Shown here: one piece after another, positions 50,450-63,075 of the stretch
Layout: every line of letters starts with the position of its first letter
Position numbering within the stretch: the first letter of the stretch is position 1
Source: Octopus vulgaris
Lineage: Eukaryota
DNA length: 64,000 bases
Assembly: GCA_951406725.2 (NCBI GenBank)
Contig: OX597816.1
Coordinates: forward strand, 73,284,001 to 73,348,000
Reading direction: 5' to 3'
Program-made: the position numbers and the translations under genes
Notes under the pieces: generated by a model
Database searches by the model: none
What the model was told of the DNA's origin: nothing
What the model saw: the letters and a program-made list of their open reading frames with translations, nothing else

Positions 50450-51072
50450 TATATGGATATATATAGATATAGATATATATGTATATATAGATATATAGAA
50501 AGAGAGAAGGTGAGAGAGAGAGCGATAGAGACATATATATACATTCATTCATACATACATACATACATACATACATACATACATACATACATACATACAT
50601 TAATACATACATACATAGAAACTATCATACATACAATTCTCGATCAAAAATTTAAACGACACCTCTATATAGTACTCAATACTTAACAAATATACGATGT
50701 ATGTTACTATTTCATAATGTTGGTCTTTGCTCAATATATATATTACCTTCAGATATTGGCACAAGACCAGCAATTTCGGGAGAAGAGCTAGGTACTTATT
50801 TTATCGACCCGCAAAACGATGGGAGGCAACGTCGGCATAGGTGGGATTTGAACTCAGAACGTAAAGACGGACACTAAGGCAATAATGGCACTAAGGGTTC
50901 AGCACTAAGGGATTGCTTCAGCTGTCAGTGTGAATGTATTCAGATACATAGACACTGATAAACACAAACACACACACCCATACACATAAATGCATGTATA
51001 GAAGCACGCGCATGTAGGGACACACACATGCGCTCATGTACATTCAGTTTTGATTACATGCATGTGCATAAA

Positions 51073-51120
<48 letters not shown>

Positions 51121-51248
51121 ATATAATAATAAGAGTAAATAATTCCTATAATGGTTTTTAAAAAAACAACAATTATTTACTGGTAGAATTCGGTATGTAA
51201 ATATAACCGATTAACGGTAGGAACTTCTGTAAAGTTCAGTATATATAT

Positions 51249-51342
51249 TATATATAAATAAATGGGGCAGGCAACAGGTTGCTTGGCCGCATACCGGTAT
51301 GCAGCCAAGCAGCCTGTTGCCTGCCCCATTTATTTATATATA
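51249..51342. repeat. 94-bp spacer-less palindrome centred on ataccggtat
   Basis: 47-bp arms with 2 mismatches: aaatggggcaggcaacaggttgcttggccgcatacc|ggtatgcagccaagcagcctgttgcctgccccattt. Confidence 0.95.
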
Positions 51343-51537
51343 TATAAACATATATATTTATATATGTTTAGATATAAAATAATAATAAATAAATAATATA
51401 TATATATATGTATATATTGGTACAGGACGTTACCAACTGTGCTAACAACATGGAAATACGTAAACAAACGAGTTAAATATGTTAACAATGAGAGAATAAA
51501 TGGAAAACAGGACAAGTAAACACAGAGAAAGTCCCCT

Positions 51538-51578
51538 TCATCAGTTGTCGGTTGTCTCGCTACTCCTCATTTCGAGCA
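51538..51578 (-). ncRNA. Truncated hammerhead-like motif (GAAA strand upstream of CUGAUGA strand)
   Basis: Minus strand ugcuc GAA Augag [15 nt] cgacaa CUGAUGA; upstream part replaced by a MITE. Confidence 0.4.
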
Positions 51579-51580
51579 TT

Positions 51581-52092
51581 CAGAAATCCCTCGCCATATT
51601 GCGGTTCACCTCTCGCGCACTCAGTATATCACGGTTCACTTATTGCATCCTTCAGTACATCGCGAATGGGTTTTTCTGGCCGATATATGTAAATTTATAT
51701 CACGGACTACTCAGTATATCGCGGGTTTCTGCAGCCGATAGGTATTTATATTTTTTTAGATTTTAATTATTTCTGTGATAAAATAAGCATTTTCATGCCT
51801 AAAAATTAATACATTAAAAAATCAAAATGGAGTACAGTACTGTACTGTATAACACATTAATCAAAATATATTAACAGAAAATACATAGTGTAGCGTAGAT
51901 GAGTAAACATGGAATCGCACATACTATATGGAAAACTGTGTGGTGTTGTTTTGCATTTATAATAAAATAAATATATACAAATTATAAAAATCATAAAATA
52001 TATATACAGTACATTACTGTTTCTGCATCGCGGATTTTCACTTATCGCGGGAGGTTTTGGAACGTAACACCCGCGATAGCCAAGGGATTACT
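51581..52092. mobile_element. Tigger/pogo-like MITE
   Basis: TIRs cagaaatccctcgccatattgcgg and ccgcgatagccaagggattact; internal atcgcgg subrepeats and tacagta motifs. Confidence 0.8.
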
Positions 52093-52426
52093 CTTTTACT
52101 CTTTTACTTGTTTCAGTCATTTGACTGCGGCCATGCTGGAGCACCGCCTTTAGTCGAGCATGTAAAATGAGAGAAAACAAAGAGTGAAGGCTTTCATACG
52201 ATGAATATTTACGTATAAATATATAGTTATTTAGATTAATAGCTCCAACTTATATACAGTACAAAAGACAGAGAAAATAAAAGGGGTGGAGGTAAGGTGT
52301 TATAAGTCCAACAGATGTTTTTGGGCGCTCGGAGAGATCCGTCATAATATTGGTAGATGTAGTTCATTCATAAATATACTTACATATGAGCATACATACA
52401 TACAAACATATACAAACAGGTACATG

Positions 52427-52476
<50 letters not shown>

Positions 52477-52521
52477 CACAAAGAGGGAATGTGATACATA
52501 ATACATACATACATACATACA

Positions 52522-52555
<34 letters not shown>

Positions 52556-53491
52556 GACACATACTTCGAAGACTACAGATCCAATCCATCACTGGAACTA
52601 AAAATCTGTAAAACTTTCCAGAAGTCTATCATTGAAATATATATATGAGCATATTTAGATATGTGACTATATGTATGAGAATACATACATAAAACATACA
52701 AATATACTCATACATACATATATACATACATACATACATACATACATACAAAAACACCCTGTTATTGATGCTGAAATTTCAATGAAGGAGCCTTGGATCT
52801 AAGTTAGAAACCGGCTCTTTCTTTATTGGCAAGAAATCTTGAAATAAAACTGAATAATGACATACATATATGCATTAATGCATGCATACATACATATGTA
52901 CATACATACACACACACATATATACATACATACATACATTCATACATACATACGTACATACATACGTACATAATACATACAAACATACATACATACGCAC
53001 GTACATACATACGTACATACATACATAGTACGTACATACATACATACATACATACATACATACATACATACATGCATACCTAGGTTCAGTACAGCCGAAT
53101 GGTGAAGATGTTCGTTTCTCAATCATATCCGTTGGTATATTGATTGCATGACATCTTTGTCAAGTGTTTTTACTGTGGTGTGAGGTCGACTTATGTAGGA
53201 AGATGGAAACTGTGAGGAAGACCGCCGAATGTATTGCCTGTATAAAGCACAAGTCCAGCCTTGTCAGTGTGTGATGCTGATTCATTCTGTAGAATATTCA
53301 ATCACTCACGCGTTAATTCGATAAGTATCCAGTTACTTAATCAGCTGAACTATTTACATATTAAATTAGCGTCTAAGTGGACGCATATTCCACAGACACT
53401 TGTATCATTAATGTAATTCTCCAGCAGTAGCAGTATTACATTGAAGCAGTATGACACAGTGGAAAATAAACTATAATATAGAGATGGCTAG

Positions 53492-54046
53492 TTTGATTAA
53501 ATGCTGCTTTAATTACGTACATCGAGCTTATATTATGTCGGTCCATGTGAAGGCTTTAATCGTTATTTCCTCTATCGGAAGAAACAAATGCCGTCTAGGA
53601 ATGTGACTGACTTCATGTCCGCGTTATTGATGCTGCCCAAAAATAGCGAAATACATCTGGCATTCTTTTTAGCCGTTTGCAGGAGGATTGTTTCCTTTCA
53701 ATATACAGTGTTTTTAACACAGAACGGCTTTTTAGAAATTTTATTTTGGACGAAACCGCAGTCTCTTGCCTATCAATGGTGTATATACGTTAAGTATGGT
53801 GTATTGCTGGGTATCTAATTAAATAACTGCTTCAATTACGTACAACGAGCTCTTATTCTCTTTAGCAGCTATTTGTGATATCTGAATGTGCTATTCACTG
53901 TTTCCTATATAAACGGCAAAATCTCATCTATGTATTTGGGTGGCTGCGAATACATGTTTTCAACACAGAATGCCTATAAGAGATTTTATCTCGGACGGAA
54001 ACTGCAGTATTTTGCCTATCAATGGTGTATATGCGTTAAGTATGAT
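53492..54046. repeat. Diverged tandem duplication (2 units, ~230-310 bp)
   Basis: aattacgtaca.cgagct and aacacagaa...ttgcctatcaatggtgtatat.cgttaagtatg each occur twice in the same order. Confidence 0.7.
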
Positions 54047-55014
54047 AAATAGATAGCTCCATTATGTTTTCGCCATCGTTAGCAGGACCATTTATTTATT
54101 CATTAAATTTTTAAAGTCTTGCAGATTGTTATTGGCCCAGATGACGAGACCACCTGTAAAGTATGGATAGAGGCGCAACTTTCTTTCTCTAAGAACCCAA
54201 ATTCAGCCAAACCTTAGTTCATGCTGGTCGTTATATACTCTGTCACACCAATAATAATGAAAATAAATCAGAAAGTGGATTTTTGAAATTAAATTTGTAA
54301 GCAACTTCTCAATGATCCATCAATGTTTTATTTCGCTTCGAGTTCAATCAATATAACGAAGCGTGCATTTAAATATAAGTAGCCAAGTTATCTGTAGAAT
54401 TGTACACCTTCAAAGTAATTCTCGAGATGAATTCGTATGACAAAATATATGATCAGGCTAAGCCTTTGAATTACAGTTTACAACTATCTGAGAAGCTGTC
54501 ACGTAACTTCCGTTTATCCAGTTTCAAATACGAGGAATGGTTTCCTGAAGTTTAAGTCAATTTTCCAACGACGAGAGATAGAACCCATAAATTTATGACT
54601 GCGAAGCAAACAGTATACTTAACCAGTCATGCATACATACTTATATATTATGGATCTTCCGTCGGTTTCTCTAATGACCATGCAGCTGTTCTTTCAGTTG
54701 AACTACCGTCGCGTTAAACTAAGTATGATTATTACCTAACACTTGGCTTCCTGAAACAGATGTTAAGATAAGACTCAATATAATTTCTTTATATAAATAT
54801 ATATATATATATATATATGTATGTTATGTATGTATGTATGTATGTATGTATGTATGTATGTATGTATGTATGTATGTATGTATGTATGTATGCATGTATG
54901 TATGTATGCATGTATGTATGTATGTATTTATATTTCTTTATTCTGTTCCATGTAAAAAGCCTTTTACTTTATTGGCAAGAAATCTTCAAATGAAACCGAA
55001 TAAGGATATTCTTC

Positions 55015-55203
55015 TATTCTTTTATCTGTTTCAGTCATTTGACTGCGGCCATGCTGGAGCAACGCCTTTAGTCGAACAAATAGACCCCAGGACCCCTTTG
55101 TAAGCCTAGTACTTATTCTATCAGTCTCTTTTTCTGACCGGCTAAGTTACAGAGACGTAAACCCACCAACATCCGTTGTCAAGCGATGGTGGGGCGTGGT
55201 CAA

Positions 55204-55236
<33 letters not shown>

Positions 55237-55375
55237 CGACGTGTTTCTCTCAGTTTCCGTCTACCAAATCCACTCACAAGGCTTTTGTCAGCCCGAGGCT
55301 ATAGTAGAAGGCACTTGCCTAAGGTGCCACGCGGTGGGACTGAACTCGGAACCATGTGGTTCGTAAGCAAGCTAC
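55015..55375 (-). mobile_element. SINE family A lacking its first ~20 nt
   Basis: Reverse-complement match to family A; abuts the AATAAA of the upstream ORF1 element. Confidence 0.85.
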
Positions 55376-56445
55376 TTTATTTCAACGAATTGACCATGAA
55401 GGTCGAACACAGATAAAAGTAGCTTCGGGCTGGACAGAGACATTAATGTGGATGAAAACGACAAAGATGAAAAAAATGGGAGGGGCACCGGCGCCCGCCG
55501 AACGATAACCCATCGAAATCACCGTTCAATTTAAATCAATATAAATCAAAATTATAATCACAAAAATTCAAAAATTGCAATTCCAAATTACAAAAATATA
55601 TTTTTCATTATTCTTCCTCTTCCTCATCTTGGCCCCCAAGTAAGTTTCATGCAGGCCCGGAACGAGGAAAACAAAATCTTCTTTATTACAGGTCTTCCTA
55701 ACCTCAATTAGTTCTTTCTGATTTACGACCTCCGCAGCCACCTGCGGAGGCCAACTTGGACAGTCTATACAGACCGAGTCATATCGCTTTCGGTCTAGAT
55801 GACTGTCCGGGTATCACTCAACAGGCCTTCTCTTCAGATAGAAAAGGACAAGTTCCGTCTCTTCCTCACAGGGAGATGCCTCAGCCTGCTCTGTCAATGG
55901 TACAATTCCCACTGACAGAGCCTCTCGCTCTGGTGGCACACTTCCCACCGGAGGAACATCGGGTTCGGTCGGCGGCACACCGACATCCGCCGACCGTCTC
56001 CCGTTTCTCTTCTTTCTCTTTTTTCTTCTTTTGCGGGAGTCGGGGCATCCGTCGGCACACCCGAAGGGTCCTCCTCCTCTCCCGCAACCTGCCCGTCTCC
56101 TGGTGAGCAACCACCGTTGCTCACCTTTCTCTTCCTTCTCGTTGAGGTCGACACCTCAACGACTTCCTCCGTTTCACCCTGCAATGGGAGAGCGGAGGAT
56201 ACCTTCCCTTTTCCTGCTCCTGAGCCTTACCAGGGCTCCGGGGGCAGTCCTTCATGATATGGCCTGACTCCCGGCACGAGTGACACTTGGGGAGGGCGAC
56301 CCTCAAGAATCACTGGATACCTGGAGCCAGCCATCCTCAAAAAGTCGGGGAAGGTCATTTTGCCTGCGGCCACTGGGGTCCACAGGGTCAAAGTTGCCTT
56401 TGCATCCCCCCAGTTGACCGCAGGTGTCACTCTTACATTTACAAT
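55376..56445 (-). mobile_element. Pseudogenised non-LTR ORF1 (gag-like CCHC zinc knuckle) followed directly by a 3' UTR and AATAAA
   Basis: YPVILEGRPP(+1 frameshift)KCHSCRESGHIMKDCP = CX2CX4HX4C, then charged low-complexity and C-terminal segments, ~190-nt UTR, AATAAA at 55381-55376. Confidence 0.75.
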
Positions 56446-57100
56446 AAAACACACGACCTTAGGGCCGTGAGTGCAGCGGCTTAACCACTACGCCACTCAC
56501 TTTCATTATACATACATAGCTATGTAGATAAACAGACACCACACAAATGCATACAAACACTTACACACACACACACACATATACATTTCAGCATACAGAC
56601 ATATGCAAACATACTTACATTCACACAAATATATTCTTACATAGATTCAAAAATAGGCAGATATATTGAGAGATAGAGAGAGAAAGATGTAGAATCATTT
56701 CAATATGTCAATATGTAAATAAGTTTGATCGTGATAACTTACCAAAATAGAAAATTGAATAAATAAATTCCTGTATGATAGATAACAATACGATTCTGAC
56801 ATCAATTTGATATTTCTATTATATTTCTCATTTATTTGTATATTGAAATATATGCGTGCTTGCGTGCTTGTAGTAAATATATAGGCGGGGTAGGGGAGCG
56901 CGTGTGTACGTATGTATGTGACGGGTTGGTGAGTGAGGGGATTCAACGAATGGGTGCAGATAATATTCCAGAACATATATTAGGTATGCATGTATGCGTC
57001 TATGTATGTAATATCTATCTATCTGCCCATCTAACATATACACACACAACCAACCGCCCACCAACCCACATGCACAAACAAGCACATAGATATATACCTA

Positions 57101-57147
<47 letters not shown>

Positions 57148-58004
57148 CTATGTGGGTGTGTATGTATCTAAACAAGTATGTATGTATACTTTGAATATTA
57201 GAAAGATTCACTGTGAGTGTATTAAGAAGGTAAGCCATCCTTTCTATACTAGTGATAAAAGAGAGATGGTGGGCGTCTTCTGACGGACTGTTTTACGGTT
57301 TGTTGAAGCTCCTCAGTGAATACTAAGCGGTTCTAACTTCTGCAGCAGCAATAACAGCAGCTTTGTTATTTATTTAGTAACGAAGTCAAGTATATCTTCT
57401 CAGAGGGACAGCCAGCATACATTTCACGGCTTGCAAACGCTCCGCTGAAAAAAGGGAGGGAGCAGAGAGCCTGCGGAAAAATAGAGGTGGGGAATCAGGG
57501 GACTGATAAGACTGGTTGTCAAGCGGCGGTGGGGTACAAATGCAGACAAAAAGTGATACATACATACGCACGCATACACACACACACACACATGTGGGCA
57601 CAGGACGTCACGAAACGTGTACAACAAAAAAATTCGAATCACGAGTACATGCAATATGAACTATTCTTTCATCCAAAAGGATGAAAGGCAAAATTAACCT
57701 CGGCAGAATTTGAAGTCAGAGCATAAAGACGGGCGAAATGCCTCTAAGCATTTTACCCAACCTGCTCACGATTCTGCTAATTAATAAGTCCTGTTGGTAA
57801 CAATTAATTCTGCTAATTAAGATTTTGTGTTAAGGAAAGCAGTGGGCTATTGATATACGAAGCAGTGTCAAGTACTAATGATTTCAAGTTAACCAGCGGG
57901 GAGTCCCGCAGGTTTTTAGGTTTAAATATACATACATATATAAACCTAAAAACGTGAAGGTTTTAGGCAAGTTTTTAGGCTTATATATAAATATATATAT
58001 ATAT

Positions 58005-58083
<79 letters not shown>

Positions 58084-58676
58084 ATTTTTATATGCATATA
58101 TGTGTGTGTGTGTGAGACTGTGTGTATGTGTATTTGTGGCTTGTGTCTGTCCTTAGCCCCATCGCTTCCAAACAGAGTCCCGGTTTGTTTATGCCTCCGT
58201 AACCTAGCGTTTCGGTAAACAGTCAGTGATAGAATTAGTACCAGGTTTAAAGAATAAGTACTGAGGTCAATTTGTTTGGCAACAACCTTTGAAGGCGGTG
58301 CTCCAGCATGGCTGCAGTCTAATGACTGAATCATGTAACAGATATAATGTCGGTTAGAATGTTTCTGGTCAAATAACGAATGACTTAGAGTTAAACAATA
58401 ACTGTAGGAACAATAGCTCGAACGAAACACGATGTTTCACGGTAGTCACTGCTAGTAACAAGAATAGTGGATGTAATATCCAGATTTCTATCAGTGTACG
58501 CCAGTAAGGGAGACAACGATCGAACGAGTTAGAGCCTGGTCGCTGGAACTCGGAATGAGAAGAAAGACTAGGCGCGGCTGTTTTGAACAAACTGGCGATT
58601 TGACTGTTGGGGCGATAGTACGTTTTGCCTGCCGCTGGAGGCAAACACACACACGGACAGAAATATATGCATACAA

Positions 58677-58728
<52 letters not shown>

Positions 58729-59986
58729 GTAGGTAGGTAGGTAGGTAGGTAGGTAGGTAGGTAGGTAGGTAGGTAGGTAGGTAGAGAGGGAGACAGACAG
58801 ATAGACAGACAGAAAGACATACTGACAGACAGACAGAGACAGACAGAGATAGACAGAGCGTGAGAGTGGAAGAGCGAGAGAACAAGAGAAAGAGAGACAG
58901 ACAGATAGCCAGGTAGACAGACAGACAGAGAAAGAGAGAAAGCGACAGACATAGACAGGCAGATAGACAGACAGACAGACAGACAGAAACAGACAGACAG
59001 ACAGAAACAGACAGACAGACAGATAAACACACAGACAGAGAAAGACAGAGAAAGAGAGAAAGCGAAAGAGAAAGAGATGGGGAAACAGAGTCGTCACAAT
59101 TTATTAATTGAATGCCATTGACAGAAGCACTTTTTTTTCTTTGTCAACACAAAGAGAAACGTGCTGAAACACGTAAACGGAGGCAGACAAAAAGAGAGAG
59201 AACGAGAGAAACATTAAAAGTTTTTATGTCAAGTAAGTCATCGTCGAATGAGCAACGCCAAATAGGCGGCGCCAAAACACCTCAAACCCACTGGTGGCTC
59301 AAGCCATTCAACTAATACCATTTGAAAACCAGATGTTTCAGGTATGTTTGAATGATTGTAGTGGAATATGGAGGGAATGCTTTTTTGTTTGCAAACGATT
59401 CGACAATTGCCTAAGAAATACAAGGGTTTTTGAAAGCCCACATCAGGAATCAAAAACTACGAACATGGATCAGTTTTGGTACTCCTTCGTAACATGGCGT
59501 GAGCTAATTGATAGAGCGTTTGTCTCACGTTCATCAGTTCGTGACATTGACTGTTGGACAGAATGGTGTATTGTGCCTCGGAGCAAGGCACTTCGTTTCG
59601 TGTTGCTCCAGTTTATTCGGCTGAAAATATGCCCCAAATGAATGCTCCTGAAGCTCTCTCTCTCTCTCTCCCTCTCCCTCTCTCTCTCACACTCTCTCTT
59701 TCTCTTCCACTCACTTTATTTCTTCCATTCACTCAGTATATTTCTTTCTTCCACCCTCTCTTTCTCTCATTTTCCCTCTTTCTCTCTTTGTGTCTCTTTC
59801 TCTCTTTCGGCGTCTCTGCTGCCAGATCCTCGGGGTTTCACTGCGTTAAGGATGAGAAGGCCGAGCGAGTACCTATATCTAGAAACCTAAAACAATTAGT
59901 GAGAGCACAGTACACGCTACCAAGTCACCAAGTCTTACTCACGAATGACAGCTATGGGATGGAGACTTTTCCTTACATATGAATCC

Positions 59987-60598
<612 letters not shown>

Positions 60599-60603
60599 AT
60601 ATA

Positions 60604-60727
60604 TATATATTAGAAGAAATGAGGTACTCAGAAAATCGGATGGTTTGTATTTACAGATATTTATTTATAAATATCTGTAAATACAAAGCATCTGATTTTC
60701 TGAGTACCTCATTTCTTCTAATATATA
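60604..60727. repeat. 124-bp fold-back palindrome (2-4 nt loop)
   Basis: tattagaagaaatgaggtactcagaaaatcggatggtttgtatttacagatattta and its reverse complement, 2 mismatches. Confidence 0.95.
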
Positions 60728-60752
60728 ATACCTGTACATCATCTCCAAACCT

Positions 60753-60804
<52 letters not shown>

Positions 60805-60811
<7 letters not shown>

Positions 60812-61848
60812 CCACCTCACTCTCCCGCGAACATCTAGATTCCTTCCTCTCTTTCGTCCAATCTTTCCATCCAGCCCTCCACTTCACTTCCACTATCTCC
60901 AACACCTCTGTCTCCTTCCTCGACATTTCGGTTAGCATTCTTCACTCCACTCTTACCACCTCCATTCACTACAAACACACAGACTCACACTCATACCTCA
61001 ACTTCTCTTCCTCCCACCCAGAACACACCAAGCTTTCCATCCCCTATTCCCAATTCCTCCGTCTACGTAGGCTCTGTAGTGACGACCATGACTTTGAGAC
61101 TCAGTCTCAACGTATGGCTCACCACTTCACCCTACGTGGATACCCCCTCACCACTATCCACACCGCCCTTGCCAGAGCACGGTCCGTGGACCGTGTATCT
61201 GCTCTCTCTCCCCGAACCCGCCCTGTAGTCTCCCGCCTCCCTTTTCCCCTCACTTACCACCCCACGACTCTACGTCTCCAACGCACCATTCTTCGAGCTT
61301 TCCGTCATCTCCAGTCCGACCCGTCCACTTCACACCTCTTCCCTAACCGACCCCTCCCCTCTTTCAAACGAGCCCACAACCTTCGAGACCTTTTGGTCCA
61401 TAGCTCCTTCCCTGACCCTACCTCCCAACCCGGCTCGTTCCCCTGCTCCCGCCCACGTTGCCGCACTTGCCCTTACCTCTCCAACACCACCCGCCTCACT
61501 AGCACCCACCATCGACCCTATCCCATCATCCACTCCTTCACCTGCACCTCCAGCAATATTATCTATTGCATCTCTTGCTCTCTCTGCAATTCCTTGTATA
61601 TCGGACAAACGGGACGCCGCTTGGCTGACCAGTTCGCGGAACACCTTCGTGACATCCACCTTGCGAACGACACACCGGTCTCACGCCATTTCCGCTCCAC
61701 CGGTCACTCCTTGCAACACCTATCTGTGTTCGGTTTGTCCTTACACAGAGGCCATCCGGATTCCCGTTTGCGCCGTGAACAGGAATTAATCTTCTCTCTT
61801 CGCTCTTATACGCCATTTGGTCTCAACTCTCCCCCCCTCCTCATCTAA
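60805..61848 (+). CDS. Penelope-like RT C-terminus/thumb, Cys linker and GIY-YIG endonuclease (5'-truncated, frame intact)
   Basis: FHPALHFT, SFLDI, YKHTDSHSYLNFSSSHP, IPYSQFLRLRRLCS, RGYP, CSRPRCRTC, NIIYCISCSLCNSLYIGQTGRRL, EHL, RHF, REQELI, PFGLN. Confidence 0.93.
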
Positions 61849-62655
61849 CCCCCTCCCCCTCCTCACCTATCCTTTCTCCCCCGACCCCTACTTCTACAGT
61901 CCTTCATCCTTTCACCCCTACTCCCCTTCCCTTCTTCCCTCTTTCTCCCTCCCTCTTCCCCTTCCCTCTGCTCCCTCACTCCCTCTCTCCCTCTTTCCTC
62001 CTTCATCCCCCTTCTCCCCCATCCTCTCCTCTTCCCCCTTCTCCTCCCCCTCTTCTTCCCCTCGCCTTCTCTCCCCCTCTTCTCCCCCTCCCCCTCTTCT
62101 CCTCACTACACCACATGACTTTACACATCACATCACATATGATGTGCCATACTAATACACACACCAACTAATACATACTAATACGTACTAATACATACCA
62201 GTACATACTAATACTTACACCAACCCTATACATACACACGTCCAGACCCCGCATACGCACTTATACTCTCTCACACACACACACACACACCTATACATAC
62301 TAATACGTACTAATACATACTAATACATACTAATACATACACCAACCCCATACATACGCACGTCCAGACCAATCTTACGCACTAATACTCTCTCATACAC
62401 ACACACACACACACACACCCTTATACATACTAATACATACACCAACCCTATACATACACACATCCAGACCCCTCCCACGCACTTTTAGCTGGTCCCTCAA
62501 CCCTTTTATCAACCCTATTATCTCCCCTTATTTCGCTCTCGCGTCTCATGTTTCATCTTTGACCTCTGGCCGAAATCAGATCGCCATGTTGATTCGTTAG
62601 CTACTGCACGCATTTTTTTTCTCTCCTTCTTTCTGTGTTTTTCTCTCTCTGTGTA

Positions 62656-62693
62656 TCTTTCTGTTGAAGAGCGTAGGCTCGAAACGTTAAAGA
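62656..62693 (+). ncRNA. Minimal type I hammerhead motif with CUGUUGA core variant
   Basis: ucuuu CUGUUGA a gagc-guag-gcuc GAAA cg UU aaaga: perfect 5-bp stem I, 4-bp stem II, palindromic AACGUU stem III. Confidence 0.7.
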
Positions 62694-62964
62694 CTTGTTT
62701 TATTTATATTTCCTGAGCGCCATACTAATACAATTGTTCGTTTGTTTTCCACCTGCCTTCGTCTTTTGTTTATTTTCATAAAGCTTCCCGTTATATATAT
62801 ATATATATATGTATATGTATATGTATGTATGTATGTATATATATATGTATATATGTATATGTATATGTATATAATATTTTTATATATGTACATATAATAT
62901 ATATATATTATATATACATACATATATATATATATACATATACATATATATATACATATATATG

Positions 62965-63075
<111 letters not shown>

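Larger units (their letters stand above)
60805..62791 (+). mobile_element. 5'-truncated Penelope-like retroelement (Neptune-like) inserted in (TA)n
   Basis: ORF remnant, pyrimidine tract 61850-62105, ~3 tandem ~110-130-bp UTR repeats at 62160-62485, terminal region with hammerhead motif; both junctions in (TA)n. Confidence 0.92.

Noticed and set aside
52755-52862. SECIS or hammerhead in the short repeat shared with 54965-55005
   Set aside because: Only a ggagcc/ggctct stem; lacks the 3' GA of a SECIS quartet and the CUGANGA core
57911-57982. Telomere-like tttagg units and a small inverted repeat
   Set aside because: Only 3-4 scattered units and a 13-bp arm; not an array
60619-60804. N-terminal part of the 409-aa ORF as a real start
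   Set aside because: It reads through a palindrome and (TA)n. Penelope homology begins only at ~60805 and the RT catalytic core is missing
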